IMG/VR virus record: IMGVR_UViG_642918906_000001
Span: 128,001 to 192,000 of that record
DNA: 64,000 nucleotides
From: a virus
Taxonomy: Duplodnaviria > Caudoviricetes
Reading direction: 5' to 3' (one strand)
This document shows positions 38,919 through 48,469 of this stretch, one piece after another. Under the pieces are notes generated by a model. It was not told the DNA's origin and did no database searches. It saw nothing but the letters and a program-made list of their open reading frames with translations. Position 1 is the first letter of the stretch, and each line of letters begins with the position of its first letter. The position numbers were made by a program, and so were the translations under genes.

Positions 38919-39245
38919 TCATAGGATAGAATCCTTAGACTGACACTTGTACATTGGAGCTGCGGCGGTATCGGTACATGCAGGCAGTCTACGCTTACTC
39001 AGGTAAGGTAGTACATTAGCAGTGAAACTACCGATCCACTGCTCAAAAGAATCTGTTTCCAAAAGCGACGCTCGCAATTGAATTGTATCAGCACTGTATT
39101 GCGCCAGTACACCATGAAAGAAATTGTTCAGGGCAGCAATACTATCACAAGAACCCATCCGACGATAAATGTCTTCAGATAGTTCAACGTCACGACCACG
39201 CAAGGCAGTGACAACTAATTGTTTGTAATCGGGTTGAGTTGACAT
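38919..39245 (-). CDS. Hypothetical protein
   Basis: 108-aa ORF in operon. Confidence 0.7.
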   Translation of the reverse strand: MSTQPDYKQLVVTALRGRDVELSEDIYRRMGSCDSIAALNNFFHGVLAQYSADTIQLRASLLETDSFEQWIGSFTANVLPYLSKRRLPACTDTAAAPMYKCQSKDSIL

Positions 39246-39251
39246 ATAAAC

Positions 39252-39599
39252 CTACTTTATTTCACCACGGTAGATGCACTCCGTGTGTTTATCTAAAAAC
39301 TTGACTAATAAATGTCGGTGACAGAACTTGCCTGGACGGCAGTAACACCCGACTGCTAAAACTTCTACATTAAATAGCTCACTGAAGTATTCTGGAAATT
39401 CAATGAGCCGGTCCTCTAGTAACTGGTTGTAGCCCTTCGTGTAATCGGCTTCAGATAAACCGTTGTACTTATAGGCTGCCAAAAGAGTCCACGTGGGAGC
39501 TAACATCCAATCACCTGACTTAATACTGGTGTCCATGTAGGGCACACCTAAGTCCATAACCTTCCGAACATTTGACAGCTGATAAGTATAAACTTCCAT
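39252..39599 (-). CDS. DUF488-like protein
   Basis: LAPTWTLL...YTKGY...LAVGCYCRPGKFCHRHLL. Confidence 0.7.
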   Translation of the reverse strand: MEVYTYQLSNVRKVMDLGVPYMDTSIKSGDWMLAPTWTLLAAYKYNGLSEADYTKGYNQLLEDRLIEFPEYFSELFNVEVLAVGCYCRPGKFCHRHLLVKFLDKHTECIYRGEIK

Positions 39600-39607
39600 T
39601 AGCTCAC

Positions 39608-40489
39608 TCAGTCATCTGGACATTCACATTTAAGAGCGCCACCATTTTGGTAGACTGTACGGGTATCGCAAGTACCACACAACCAAGACTTACCGCCCAT
39701 ACGTGCAGCCATTTCTTTGGCTACTGCACCAGCAACGTTAGCCAGGTCCTCATCGTCCATGTATTCCAGTTCGTCTAGATGGGTATTACGACAAATTGGA
39801 CGGAGATCACCATCACGAATACCATTGAAAACTACACGTGGTGGACGGTTCATCCAGTTAGGATCATAAGGAGTCGGCCGACCATCAGTAGTAAGAGCTA
39901 GCTCGCCTTTCTTAAAGAGGTGCTGACTACCGCTACCCAACTTGATGTCAAATACAGCTGAATCATGCTGATACCTTTTCCAATTAGGATCGTCCTGATA
40001 GATGCGCTCACCCGCTTCGGTCAGGATAGGGTCACCGACTTGGTGCAAAACCACCAATCTTAGATAAGGATGATTCTCCGGGTTTTGTTCGACGAGAAGA
40101 TTACCCGCTTCATCTCTTTTGTACACCGGGTGGGTATAGACTTCATACTTGCGTTCTTTTGGAGTATCGATGTGCGTTTCATTACCTTGACCGTCAATTA
40201 CAATCGCCATTTCTTTTTCCTTGATCGGAATTGCTTTATTAGCATAGTTAAGTTTAAGTTCGCCTTGACGACGGCGAAGTTTTCGCTTTAATCCAAAAAG
40301 ACTAACGTCGTAAACATCTTCGTGATAACGTTCGTGTTTAGTAGAGCGCCAAGGAACCTTCTTGCCATTAGTATCGATTACAGCATCACCGACTTTAACG
40401 CCATGTGGACCCCAAAGATCTTTTGTATGGTATTCAAACTCTCGCCGAGGTACCTCGATAAGACCGCCGGCTCCTAACTCAAGTATCAT
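39608..40489 (-). CDS. Hypothetical protein with short internal repeats and C-terminal Cys cluster
   Basis: G[DE]xxxxxxGxxxx[YW] units and CGTC...CEC; start could be TTG at 40501. Confidence 0.6.
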   Translation of the reverse strand: MILELGAGGLIEVPRREFEYHTKDLWGPHGVKVGDAVIDTNGKKVPWRSTKHERYHEDVYDVSLFGLKRKLRRRQGELKLNYANKAIPIKEKEMAIVIDGQGNETHIDTPKERKYEVYTHPVYKRDEAGNLLVEQNPENHPYLRLVVLHQVGDPILTEAGERIYQDDPNWKRYQHDSAVFDIKLGSGSQHLFKKGELALTTDGRPTPYDPNWMNRPPRVVFNGIRDGDLRPICRNTHLDELEYMDDEDLANVAGAVAKEMAARMGGKSWLCGTCDTRTVYQNGGALKCECPDD

Positions 40490-40515
40490 AAACCGTTCCA
40501 ATGTAAGTTGTAATA

Positions 40516-40549
40516 GACCCGCGCCGAAGCGCGGATCGTTTATGCCGCC
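40516..40549 (-). terminator. Hairpin CCGCGC-TTCG-GCGCGG with CGGCATAAA flank
   Basis: UUCG stem-loop directly after the uvsX stop. Confidence 0.7.
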
Positions 40550-42003
40550 TTAGCGAGCGCTCGTGGGGTGATAGCCGCTTGTTCAGCGTCAGACATCCAG
40601 TAAGGTTTGTAAAGGCCCTTACGCATCCGCAGGAGGTCGTACGTGGACAGGAACTTCTTCTCATTAAGATGTTCGTCTTCTTCGCACATCCAATACCCAC
40701 GAGTCTTATTGAGAATCACATCCCAATCATAACCCATGGCTTTGAGGTCTTCGTAAAGAGCTTTAGGTGTGCAAACTTCTTCAGGGTTATCGGTAGGACC
40801 ATTAGCCCCTTCCAGAACCCAGCGTTGGAATACGATCAACTGAAGCATTTCAGATTGAATCTCCGCTGCACGTTGCAGACTACGCGATTCTTCCAGTTTC
40901 TTACGGACAGTAGTTCGAGACAGCTTGACGTCAGGACAAAGTTCAAGGTAGTAGTTCATCAGGTTACCACCAATCCCCCAGTCGGCTTCTTTACAGTAGT
41001 CGAATTCAGACAGGGATGGTTTAATACCTTCAGACTGTGCAACAAGAATGTTGAATGGTAGATCCGAGATACCATTCTTACCACGCAGGTTCTTAACTTC
41101 CAAGCAACGTAGGTCAGAGTCACCTTGGATCGCCGTAGAGTTATCCAATGGATACTGAGGCATCTTGTCTTTGTTCAACAGTGGTTTGTTGGACAGGATT
41201 TCCCAAACGTTGTTAGGTAGCGAATAGAAGCCGTTAGACACACCTGCAATGGTAGTACCTTTCTTCTGACCAGACAACTTACGTTTGTCAGCAGCGTAGG
41301 GGTCCATCTCGATCACGTCAGCAACGTGAGCTGTCAGCAGCATGTAGGTGTTAGACTTAGCACACAACTGAGGTAGTTGACCAAACAACTGAGCCTTAGC
41401 TTTACCGTTAGCCATGGCGTCCATGTTCAAGCCGCTGCTACCGATAGCATTCTTCTCATACATCGTTGCTACAGCACTAACTTGGAACTTGGAGAACGAG
41501 TCGATGAACCCTACGGTTGGGTACAGGAACTTCTTAGAGTTACCATTGATATCCAAGAATGGACTAGTGCGAAGATAGGTCTTAGATTCTTTCTCTTTTA
41601 CACTCAGTGCATCACGGAACTGTTTGAAGAAATCATCACCAGTGTAACGAGACAAGTCGGTGAAGGTAAACTGTTCGTCATTGACCCAGTCGATATCACG
41701 GAGCTCATCATAGTACTCGCCAATAGTAGACAAGCGACTATGGGGTGTCAATGTACCTTCTGTATCGTAGGTCAGCGCATAGCTGCCTGGAAAGGCACGA
41801 CGGACCATTGCAAGCATGTACATGCAGATGGCCGATTTAAAGTTGTTAGGGCGAGAGCTTACCCCCGTCAGAGATCCAAGACCTCCGTTGAGAATCATCT
41901 CACCGTGTTTACCCTGTTCATACTTACCTGTTGGGATATCCATCAGGCAGCCAATGTTAATAGCTGGCCGGAACGCGGGCTTTTCAAAATGGTTTGCAAA
42001 CAT
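40540..42003 (-). CDS. uvsX: UvsX/RecA-like recombinase (phiKZ gp152-like)
   Basis: RPAINIGCLMDIPTG, Walker A-like SSRPNNFKS, YDTE, Walker B GFIDSFS. Confidence 0.88.
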   Translation of the reverse strand: MFANHFEKPAFRPAINIGCLMDIPTGKYEQGKHGEMILNGGLGSLTGVSSRPNNFKSAICMYMLAMVRRAFPGSYALTYDTEGTLTPHSRLSTIGEYYDELRDIDWVNDEQFTFTDLSRYTGDDFFKQFRDALSVKEKESKTYLRTSPFLDINGNSKKFLYPTVGFIDSFSKFQVSAVATMYEKNAIGSSGLNMDAMANGKAKAQLFGQLPQLCAKSNTYMLLTAHVADVIEMDPYAADKRKLSGQKKGTTIAGVSNGFYSLPNNVWEILSNKPLLNKDKMPQYPLDNSTAIQGDSDLRCLEVKNLRGKNGISDLPFNILVAQSEGIKPSLSEFDYCKEADWGIGGNLMNYYLELCPDVKLSRTTVRKKLEESRSLQRAAEIQSEMLQLIVFQRWVLEGANGPTDNPEEVCTPKALYEDLKAMGYDWDVILNKTRGYWMCEEDEHLNEKKFLSTYDLLRMRKGLYKPYWMSDAEQAAITPRALAKAA

Positions 42004-42123
42004 TTTTGAGTTTTCCTTTAAGAGTGTTAACTACATAAAGTATCAACTACGGTAATTTAATCCGCTTATTTTATGTTAACAGTGTCGCGACTGTGTTTAA
42101 TAATTTTTATAAGGTACCTTAAA

Positions 42124-43074
42124 ATGAAATATGGATCACTGAGTAAGTACATGGCTGAAGTTGGTGTTGAACCAAGCCAAGAAGATTTCACTGAAGAAGA
42201 AATCGTTTATGATGAAGGCGCACCTGCCCATGTAAATACTGAAACAGAACCATTGGGTGTAGACACCCAACCTGATAACGCACTTTTCAAACAGCTCCAC
42301 ACGATCTCTACAGAAGCTTTGTCTATCGGTAACTTTGCCCGATACTTCTCCCGTAAAGCAGACTCGTTGAATATCACAGTTCAAGAAGGGTTCAAATACC
42401 TGACCACCTATAACTACGAACCAATGGAAACACTACATCCAATGCAGATGGACAACTATGTATCCACATTGGATTTCATGGACCATGAAGATCTTAAAGT
42501 TCCACAACCAACCAGCTTCAAGGGTGAACTACTTCCATATACAGCACTGCTGCTGGAACGCGCCCAGACGATGAACAAAGTTCTGACCAACGTAATTCAG
42601 CCAGCTACCACCCGCTTTGGTCATTACCTGAGCCTGCCTATGGATCGTGCAGAACGTCGTGACTTCGAATATGGTATCAACATCCAAGATGACCGGGATA
42701 AGATGGTTAAGGAAGATGCAGCGTTGTTTGGTAGCAATCGTTCTAGTTCCGCATCACTAGGTCAACTGTTTAACTCGTTCAGTGATTTCGTTTCCGCTGA
42801 GCGTAACATGCAAACAGTAAAAGCTACCTTAGGTGAAGGTGGTATGGATTCTGTTAAGAAAGCCGTACAGGCCCTTACCATTACCGCAGGTGCTCTGATT
42901 AAACGTCTTGGTCAAGACACCAATAACAAACCATCTACTGAGTTTGTTAGAATGATCTCTGATCAACTGACTGAAGTTGCCCGTTGGGTTGAATGGTACG
43001 CAGGTCAAATGACACGCATCATCGAAACTAACAATGCATTGTATGAAGTTGAGAAAGAAATCCTCAAGCTGTAA
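42124..43074 (+). CDS. Head protein with cleavable acidic propeptide (gp153-like)
   Basis: Acidic N-terminus, SQE and ISTE|AL sites, helical body. Confidence 0.7.
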   Translation: MKYGSLSKYMAEVGVEPSQEDFTEEEIVYDEGAPAHVNTETEPLGVDTQPDNALFKQLHTISTEALSIGNFARYFSRKADSLNITVQEGFKYLTTYNYEPMETLHPMQMDNYVSTLDFMDHEDLKVPQPTSFKGELLPYTALLLERAQTMNKVLTNVIQPATTRFGHYLSLPMDRAERRDFEYGINIQDDRDKMVKEDAALFGSNRSSSASLGQLFNSFSDFVSAERNMQTVKATLGEGGMDSVKKAVQALTITAGALIKRLGQDTNNKPSTEFVRMISDQLTEVARWVEWYAGQMTRIIETNNALYEVEKEILKL

Positions 43075-43115
43075 CGGTATAAAAGCCCTCTCCCGAAGGA
43101 GAGGGCCTTATGCTG
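43075..43115. terminator. Bidirectional hairpin GCCCTCTCC-CGAA-GGAGAGGGC
   Basis: 9-bp stem (UUCG loop on minus strand) between convergent genes, TTATGCTG flank. Confidence 0.85.
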
Positions 43116-43118
43116 CAT

Positions 43119-43523
43119 TTACCGATGCTTTGCTTCAACACAGTAACCTAGAAGACACTTGATATCAGACTCAAGTTTCTCATCAGTACCATAATTAAGC
43201 CAGCAGGGCATCGACCGGATTATCCGACGAACTACACGATCGCTATTTAAATCTACTTTCTCCAATGGAGGAATGTGTTTCCAGATTACGCTCCCAAACA
43301 GCGTAGGGAACTTCATAGCGTTCGAATCTGCAACCAACTGCATACGCTCATTCAGACGATCAATGCTGTTGTGATCGTATGAACTACACTTAACTAATTG
43401 AGCATGCAGTGAAGCTATTACACACATTCTTCGAAACCCCACGTCACTACGAGCCCACAAGCCATGCCAAAAGCTAATGAGTTTCCGACGTGTGGCTGCT
43501 CTGAATTCAGTAATTAGATTCAT
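43119..43523 (-). CDS. Hypothetical protein
   Basis: 134 aa downstream of RNase H. Confidence 0.7.
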   Translation of the reverse strand: MNLITEFRAATRRKLISFWHGLWARSDVGFRRMCVIASLHAQLVKCSSYDHNSIDRLNERMQLVADSNAMKFPTLFGSVIWKHIPPLEKVDLNSDRVVRRIIRSMPCWLNYGTDEKLESDIKCLLGYCVEAKHR

Positions 43524-43533
43524 GAGTTACCCA

Positions 43534-44997
43534 CTATTTTTTCAGTAAGAACTGGGCGTACGGTGATCCAAAGATAGCATGACCATCTTCAGCCGTAAAC
43601 ACAGTTGAATATGAATAGGCACACGGACCCAACGGGATAACCATTATTTCGACCTTAATGCCCTCACAGGCCATTCTATTAAGTTGATTACGGGACGGAA
43701 TGTCAATAGCGAGACAAAGCTTGATATTGACTTTCTGACCCTTGAACTTAATTGGAATGTCAAGGTGTGTAGTGTTCTGAGTAATGGTTTTCTTAAGTTG
43801 AGTAACCGTCTTCTTACCTACTACGACTTCGTAAAAGTCAGCGGTAATGTCAATTAGATCCACCGACTCTCCAAGTTTACCATCAATGTATTCATTAAGC
43901 CGTCTTTCCATCTGACCGAATTCAAACACGGCTTCGTTCGCCATCCTAGGCGGATTGAGAGTCTTACTAATCAACCCCATTTCTGGAGTTGCCAGTACAT
44001 GGATATCATCAAACTTCAGCAGACCGGCTACACCCATCGTTTCGATAGTCTGACGGTAACTAGCTCGACATGCGTTTGTTAAGTTGATAATACCGAGTTC
44101 TGGTAGGTCCGTACCAAGTGCATCGGCATGGAGTTGCTTAAGGCTTTCAAGATATTCATCAAGTTCCTTAGCTTTGTAGACACCAAATGTGGCCTCAGCA
44201 ATACGACGACCAAACAATAAGTCAGCTTTTGCTAGCTTATCTTTAGCCGTATCACGCGGTTTAAAACCAGCGTTATGCATTCGACCCAAGTTATAAGTAT
44301 AGTAAACACCATCGGGCACTAGTCCAGAATTGATGCCAAAAACCATACGGGTTTCAAGCAGCAAAGGTGAAATAGGTTTCTTCTTAAGCTTGGTGACTTT
44401 CTCACCGTCTACTTTAACCTGCACTGGCGTTGATGTAGCTACACCGCCGCCCCGAAGAGCGTTCTGGTCAGCCTTATCATTACCGATGTCGTTACTATGA
44501 CCTTTAACCCACTCGATCTTGAGTTTATACCCACGATCGTCCCAACGTTTCTTCTGCTCTAACAAATCGAGCCAAAGCTCTTTGTTTTCACGCGGAGTTC
44601 CATCAGGCTTTAGCCAATTAGCTTTGATCCACTTATGAACCCACTGCGTTAGACCCTTGATAACGTATTCGGAATCGGGACGCATAACCAAGCTTTGCGC
44701 CCCGGATTCAAATGCGAGTTTAAATCCTTCTATAGCTGCTGTTAACTCAGCCGTATTATTGGTGGCCCGTCCTTCCACCTTACCGAACGCATCGTAAAAC
44801 TCGATAACGGTACAAGTTTCATCTAATGCAACTTCTTTATAACCTTCGGCAGTAGGCTGCTGTTTAGTGCTAGCCTTTGACGACATAGGTTTGTCATGAT
44901 AAGTGTATCCATGGACACCCCATCCCGCCACGTTCTTTTGGAACGACCCATCTGTGTATAACACAATTCCATCACACATCTTAAATACCTCCACCAT
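43534..44997 (-). CDS. rnhA: Ribonuclease HI with C-terminal extension (gp155-like)
   Basis: LYTDGS, TNNTAEL, DSEYV and WVKGHS..GNDKAD motifs. Confidence 0.92.
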   Translation of the reverse strand: MVEVFKMCDGIVLYTDGSFQKNVAGWGVHGYTYHDKPMSSKASTKQQPTAEGYKEVALDETCTVIEFYDAFGKVEGRATNNTAELTAAIEGFKLAFESGAQSLVMRPDSEYVIKGLTQWVHKWIKANWLKPDGTPRENKELWLDLLEQKKRWDDRGYKLKIEWVKGHSNDIGNDKADQNALRGGGVATSTPVQVKVDGEKVTKLKKKPISPLLLETRMVFGINSGLVPDGVYYTYNLGRMHNAGFKPRDTAKDKLAKADLLFGRRIAEATFGVYKAKELDEYLESLKQLHADALGTDLPELGIINLTNACRASYRQTIETMGVAGLLKFDDIHVLATPEMGLISKTLNPPRMANEAVFEFGQMERRLNEYIDGKLGESVDLIDITADFYEVVVGKKTVTQLKKTITQNTTHLDIPIKFKGQKVNIKLCLAIDIPSRNQLNRMACEGIKVEIMVIPLGPCAYSYSTVFTAEDGHAIFGSPYAQFLLKK

Positions 44998-45021
44998 TAA
45001 ATTCCTGATCTAGATCATTGT

Positions 45022-45453
45022 CTATTTCAGTACATTGTTAGTACAGGTCTCCATCCACTTTAAGTGGGCTTGCTCGTATTCGGAGTGCATTTTATCGATG
45101 TGAGTTTGAAGCTCTTTCATTTTTACGCCTATCATCTTGTCTAAAGCCGGTAGATCTTTAGCAGTTGCCAAATCGACAGCTGTAAGATATTTAGGTTTCT
45201 GAGCATCGCGGGGTAGGACGAAAGCATCACAAGAAACTAACTTACGTTCCTTAGTGGGCTGTTTTACTTTCGGGGTCACCCGGTCCGATACCTCTTTCGT
45301 TTGTTGTTCTTGCCGCCAGGTCGACGTAGAGGTAGATTCATAATGAACCACCGTATTCTGATTTTCATTGACGTATGTAGGTGCGTAAACCACGCACGCA
45401 GAAAGGGTAAGGCATACGCCTAGTAGTAAAGCAATTTTAGACATGTGGTTCAT
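45022..45453 (-). CDS. Lipoprotein
   Basis: Signal KIALLLGVCLTLSA|C; CxxFxLP then a helical C-terminus with Cys. Confidence 0.7.
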   Translation of the reverse strand: MNHMSKIALLLGVCLTLSACVVYAPTYVNENQNTVVHYESTSTSTWRQEQQTKEVSDRVTPKVKQPTKERKLVSCDAFVLPRDAQKPKYLTAVDLATAKDLPALDKMIGVKMKELQTHIDKMHSEYEQAHLKWMETCTNNVLK

Positions 45454-45466
45454 CCCCTTAAAGGTC

Positions 45467-45754
45467 TTATTTCAGAATATCGCCGAACATCTGACGACGA
45501 AGCAACAAAGCGTCTGTGGCTTTCGATTCATCAGGCTTAGCACACATACTCTCGATGAGTATAAGTTTCTCTGACTTAGCTACACTAAGCTCAACCGTGG
45601 TGTAGAACTGCATTAGGATCGAAATCGCCAAGCAGCCATATACAACAAGGATGTGCAGATTTGCCAGCGCAATTTCTTTTATAGTGAGGTCCCCAAAGAG
45701 AGCTCGCCGAAAGAATGGCCAAAAAAGGAGCAAGGCTCGAATAGTCAAACTCAC
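45467..45754 (-). CDS. Small membrane protein
   Basis: GAGGA RBS, GTG start, TM LHILVVYGCLAISILM. Confidence 0.6.
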   Translation of the reverse strand: MSLTIRALLLFWPFFRRALFGDLTIKEIALANLHILVVYGCLAISILMQFYTTVELSVAKSEKLILIESMCAKPDESKATDALLLRRQMFGDILK

Positions 45755-45940
45755 CGGAATATCCTCAGGTCAGTAATAAACTAAGCCTACCCATGTAACC
45801 ATAAAGGCTGAAGCATAGACTTGTTGACGGTATTGGTTCTACTAAAGCAAAACTATACCCGACGATTTAAATTAACGCAAGTAGAATTACTGATTGTATA
45901 GATGGTGTTCCATCAAAGCTCTACTCACGAGGAAAGTACA

Positions 45941-47251
45941 ATGTACGAATTGAAAGGCTTTTTCGAATATCCAGCGTATATCAATAACACGGTGGATACA
46001 GTAGCTGTTCTCGGTGAGATCTCCGACAACAGTCTAACCTATGCAAAAGACAAGACTATCCTAACCGGGTCGTCCACCCCAAACGTAGGTCTGATCTCAT
46101 TTCATAGTGTAAGGGACGAAAATGTCGTTCCAGTTGAAGGTGTGTACTATGAACAAACATTGAAGCTCGGTGAGTATATCTTTAACCAAGCTCAAGCAGG
46201 TACTATCACCAACAACCCAACGGCTTTACGTCAGATGATCATGGCCGAGTTTAGCGGCATTGTTCTGGACTTTACGTCTGGTGTAATGCTGACTAACGGT
46301 AACGTTTGGATGCCCGAGTATATCGAGGTTAAGCTCGCTACTCTGGATAATGAAGATAACCGGGTAATCGTTTGGTTAGCTGATGATTCTTTCGCCGCCC
46401 AGTATGATGGGTATGTGATTGAAGTCATTCAGCCTATTTTACCAGTTGATGATTTCTTTAAAGATCCATTGCAAGTAAAGATTCTTCTGGACTCCTACAA
46501 CATCGTTGAGAAACTTGAAGAAGCTCAAGCTCGCCGGGCTCAGTATCCGTATACTCATCTTCGAGCATTCGAATTTGATTACGTAAACCCTGCTGATCAG
46601 ACTAAACGTTGGTCAGCTAAGTGGTTGGTGATCATCTATGGTGAAGCAGGTAATAACCCCGATATCATCAAAGATGCTATCGTTAAAGATATTCTGGACC
46701 AGTCCACACATCCACGGGAAGATTGGGAAACTATCCTCCCAGATTTGTTTCTGACCACCGAGTTTATCTTTACCCCACTGTGGACCAAATACTCGGTACC
46801 TAACTCAGATTTCCGAGCTGGTCTGTATTCCCCAGTCTTCGACCCTAACACTGATATTAATCTGGTATTGCGTACTGCACGTGGACCTGCTTACACCGAC
46901 GTGTTTGTTCGAGCTAACTATCAGTCCAGTGTTAACATCTATAAGTCTCTGGCTTTTGGTGTTGTCGGTAACCCACAGAACCGTAATGGTGTAACTAAGT
47001 TCTATACGAAGTTCCCTGACTACGTTGTAACTGAGGTTGGTAGCGGTGATGCTAACCGTGTTAGTCCTGAAACGCTGGAGTGGATGATGCTGTTCTCAAC
47101 GCTGATCAAAGCGGCTGAGACCATGACTCGCTACACCAGTGTGCCACGCGGGATCTCTCGTATGGTTCGTGATGGTATTGTGTATGCTTCGGCATTCTAT
47201 AAGAACGTCAACTATCTGGTCGCTGCTAAATCATCGGTTGAATCGATTTAA
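45941..47251 (+). CDS. Virion structural protein (gp157-like)
   Basis: MYELKGF...LGEIS, IYGEAGNNPD and LPDLF..TEF motifs; GAGGA RBS. Confidence 0.78.
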   Translation: MYELKGFFEYPAYINNTVDTVAVLGEISDNSLTYAKDKTILTGSSTPNVGLISFHSVRDENVVPVEGVYYEQTLKLGEYIFNQAQAGTITNNPTALRQMIMAEFSGIVLDFTSGVMLTNGNVWMPEYIEVKLATLDNEDNRVIVWLADDSFAAQYDGYVIEVIQPILPVDDFFKDPLQVKILLDSYNIVEKLEEAQARRAQYPYTHLRAFEFDYVNPADQTKRWSAKWLVIIYGEAGNNPDIIKDAIVKDILDQSTHPREDWETILPDLFLTTEFIFTPLWTKYSVPNSDFRAGLYSPVFDPNTDINLVLRTARGPAYTDVFVRANYQSSVNIYKSLAFGVVGNPQNRNGVTKFYTKFPDYVVTEVGSGDANRVSPETLEWMMLFSTLIKAAETMTRYTSVPRGISRMVRDGIVYASAFYKNVNYLVAAKSSVESI

Positions 47252-47255
47252 AATG

Positions 47256-47280
47256 AGGAGAGGGAAACCTCTCCTTTTAT
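47256..47280 (+). terminator. Hairpin AGGAGAGG-GAAA-CCTCTCCT plus T tract
   Basis: 8-bp stem with GNRA loop. Confidence 0.7.
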
Positions 47281-47293
47281 AACGGAGCCCCAC

Positions 47294-47779
47294 ATGAAAA
47301 TCTTTGAACTCCCTTTATCGGTAAACACGTTGGGTTCCGATCCAACTCTTCATTTATTTAATGCTTTAAATGAAGCGTACCCTGAATACGAACTAACCCG
47401 TGAGAACTCCAGGATTCTAAAGATCCAGCCCGCGGTTACCAGTACGTATCCCAATCTGACCTACCTCAGGATTCAGAAAGGGGATGATCCAGAGGACGTT
47501 TTCGAATTCTTTTATAATCGTTACAACATCAATGACTATATAACTAACCCGTTGTTTACAGCCAGTGAAGCTGCACAGGCTGCCGCTCTACCAAACTCGG
47601 CAAAACTAGTTGATGTGATTTCAGCCAAGGTTCAATTGAACATGCAACCTAATGACTTCTGGACCAGTATCAATAGCCTTGATTATAGTGGTGGTACAGA
47701 TGGACCTAACTGGTCAATGCAATCGGTTTACGATTCAGTTTACTGGTGTGGCAGTATGTATGTATGGTTACACACCTAA
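47294..47779 (+). CDS. Virion structural protein, 'YxRxDL' family
   Basis: HLFNALN, FFYNRYNI and DSVYWCG motifs. Confidence 0.6.
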   Translation: MKIFELPLSVNTLGSDPTLHLFNALNEAYPEYELTRENSRILKIQPAVTSTYPNLTYLRIQKGDDPEDVFEFFYNRYNINDYITNPLFTASEAAQAAALPNSAKLVDVISAKVQLNMQPNDFWTSINSLDYSGGTDGPNWSMQSVYDSVYWCGSMYVWLHT

Positions 47780-47802
47780 GACAATCTTCAAGAGTTAAAC
47801 AC

Positions 47803-48426
47803 ATGGCTAATAACCTTATTCCAAAAGTAGGTACGAAAGGTAGGTTTGTATTAAAGCCACCGTTCGACGCTGCGATGATTCCGAATACGCTCTACACCAT
47901 GACCGCGGAGCGGACATTCGACGAGATCGATACATTCGGCACCAACATCTATACTCAGTTCTACCAACCTTTCAATATACCTGAAGCGCAGGTAGCGACT
48001 GATCGCGCAGCGGGTGCGGTCATTATTACATTGATGGCCGACTCAGCCCGCCCTTTATATGTCCCATCGACATATGTACAGTCATACCCAGATCTCAACT
48101 ATAAACCGTATAATCAATACATCGCGGTTCTGTCTTTTGGTCCTCTGGCAGACGATACTTTGTTTGAACCTACCGTCCAAGCACTGAAGAATACAACCAG
48201 TGAGTTCTTGGGTGTAGAACCTGAAGTTCATATTGCATTCATGCCGTTAACAGACATCATCACACCTGAGCAACATGATAACCAAGAAGCTGCACGGCAG
48301 GCCGCTATTAGTAATCGCAGTACCGATTATGCCCGTCTTTACGAAGTTCAAGCGCAGAACGCTCAACTTCAACAACGCGTCAACATCCTTGAGAAGATCG
48401 TTAAAGACAACGGTCTACTTGATTAA
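47803..48426 (+). CDS. Conserved hypothetical protein
   Basis: 207 aa; PKVGTKGRFVLKPPF, YVPSTYV and a C-terminal coiled coil. Confidence 0.75.
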   Translation: MANNLIPKVGTKGRFVLKPPFDAAMIPNTLYTMTAERTFDEIDTFGTNIYTQFYQPFNIPEAQVATDRAAGAVIITLMADSARPLYVPSTYVQSYPDLNYKPYNQYIAVLSFGPLADDTLFEPTVQALKNTTSEFLGVEPEVHIAFMPLTDIITPEQHDNQEAARQAAISNRSTDYARLYEVQAQNAQLQQRVNILEKIVKDNGLLD

Positions 48427-48469
48427 CAACCTTATGTAGAACTACATCCCTATTACCCGGAGTAATTAA

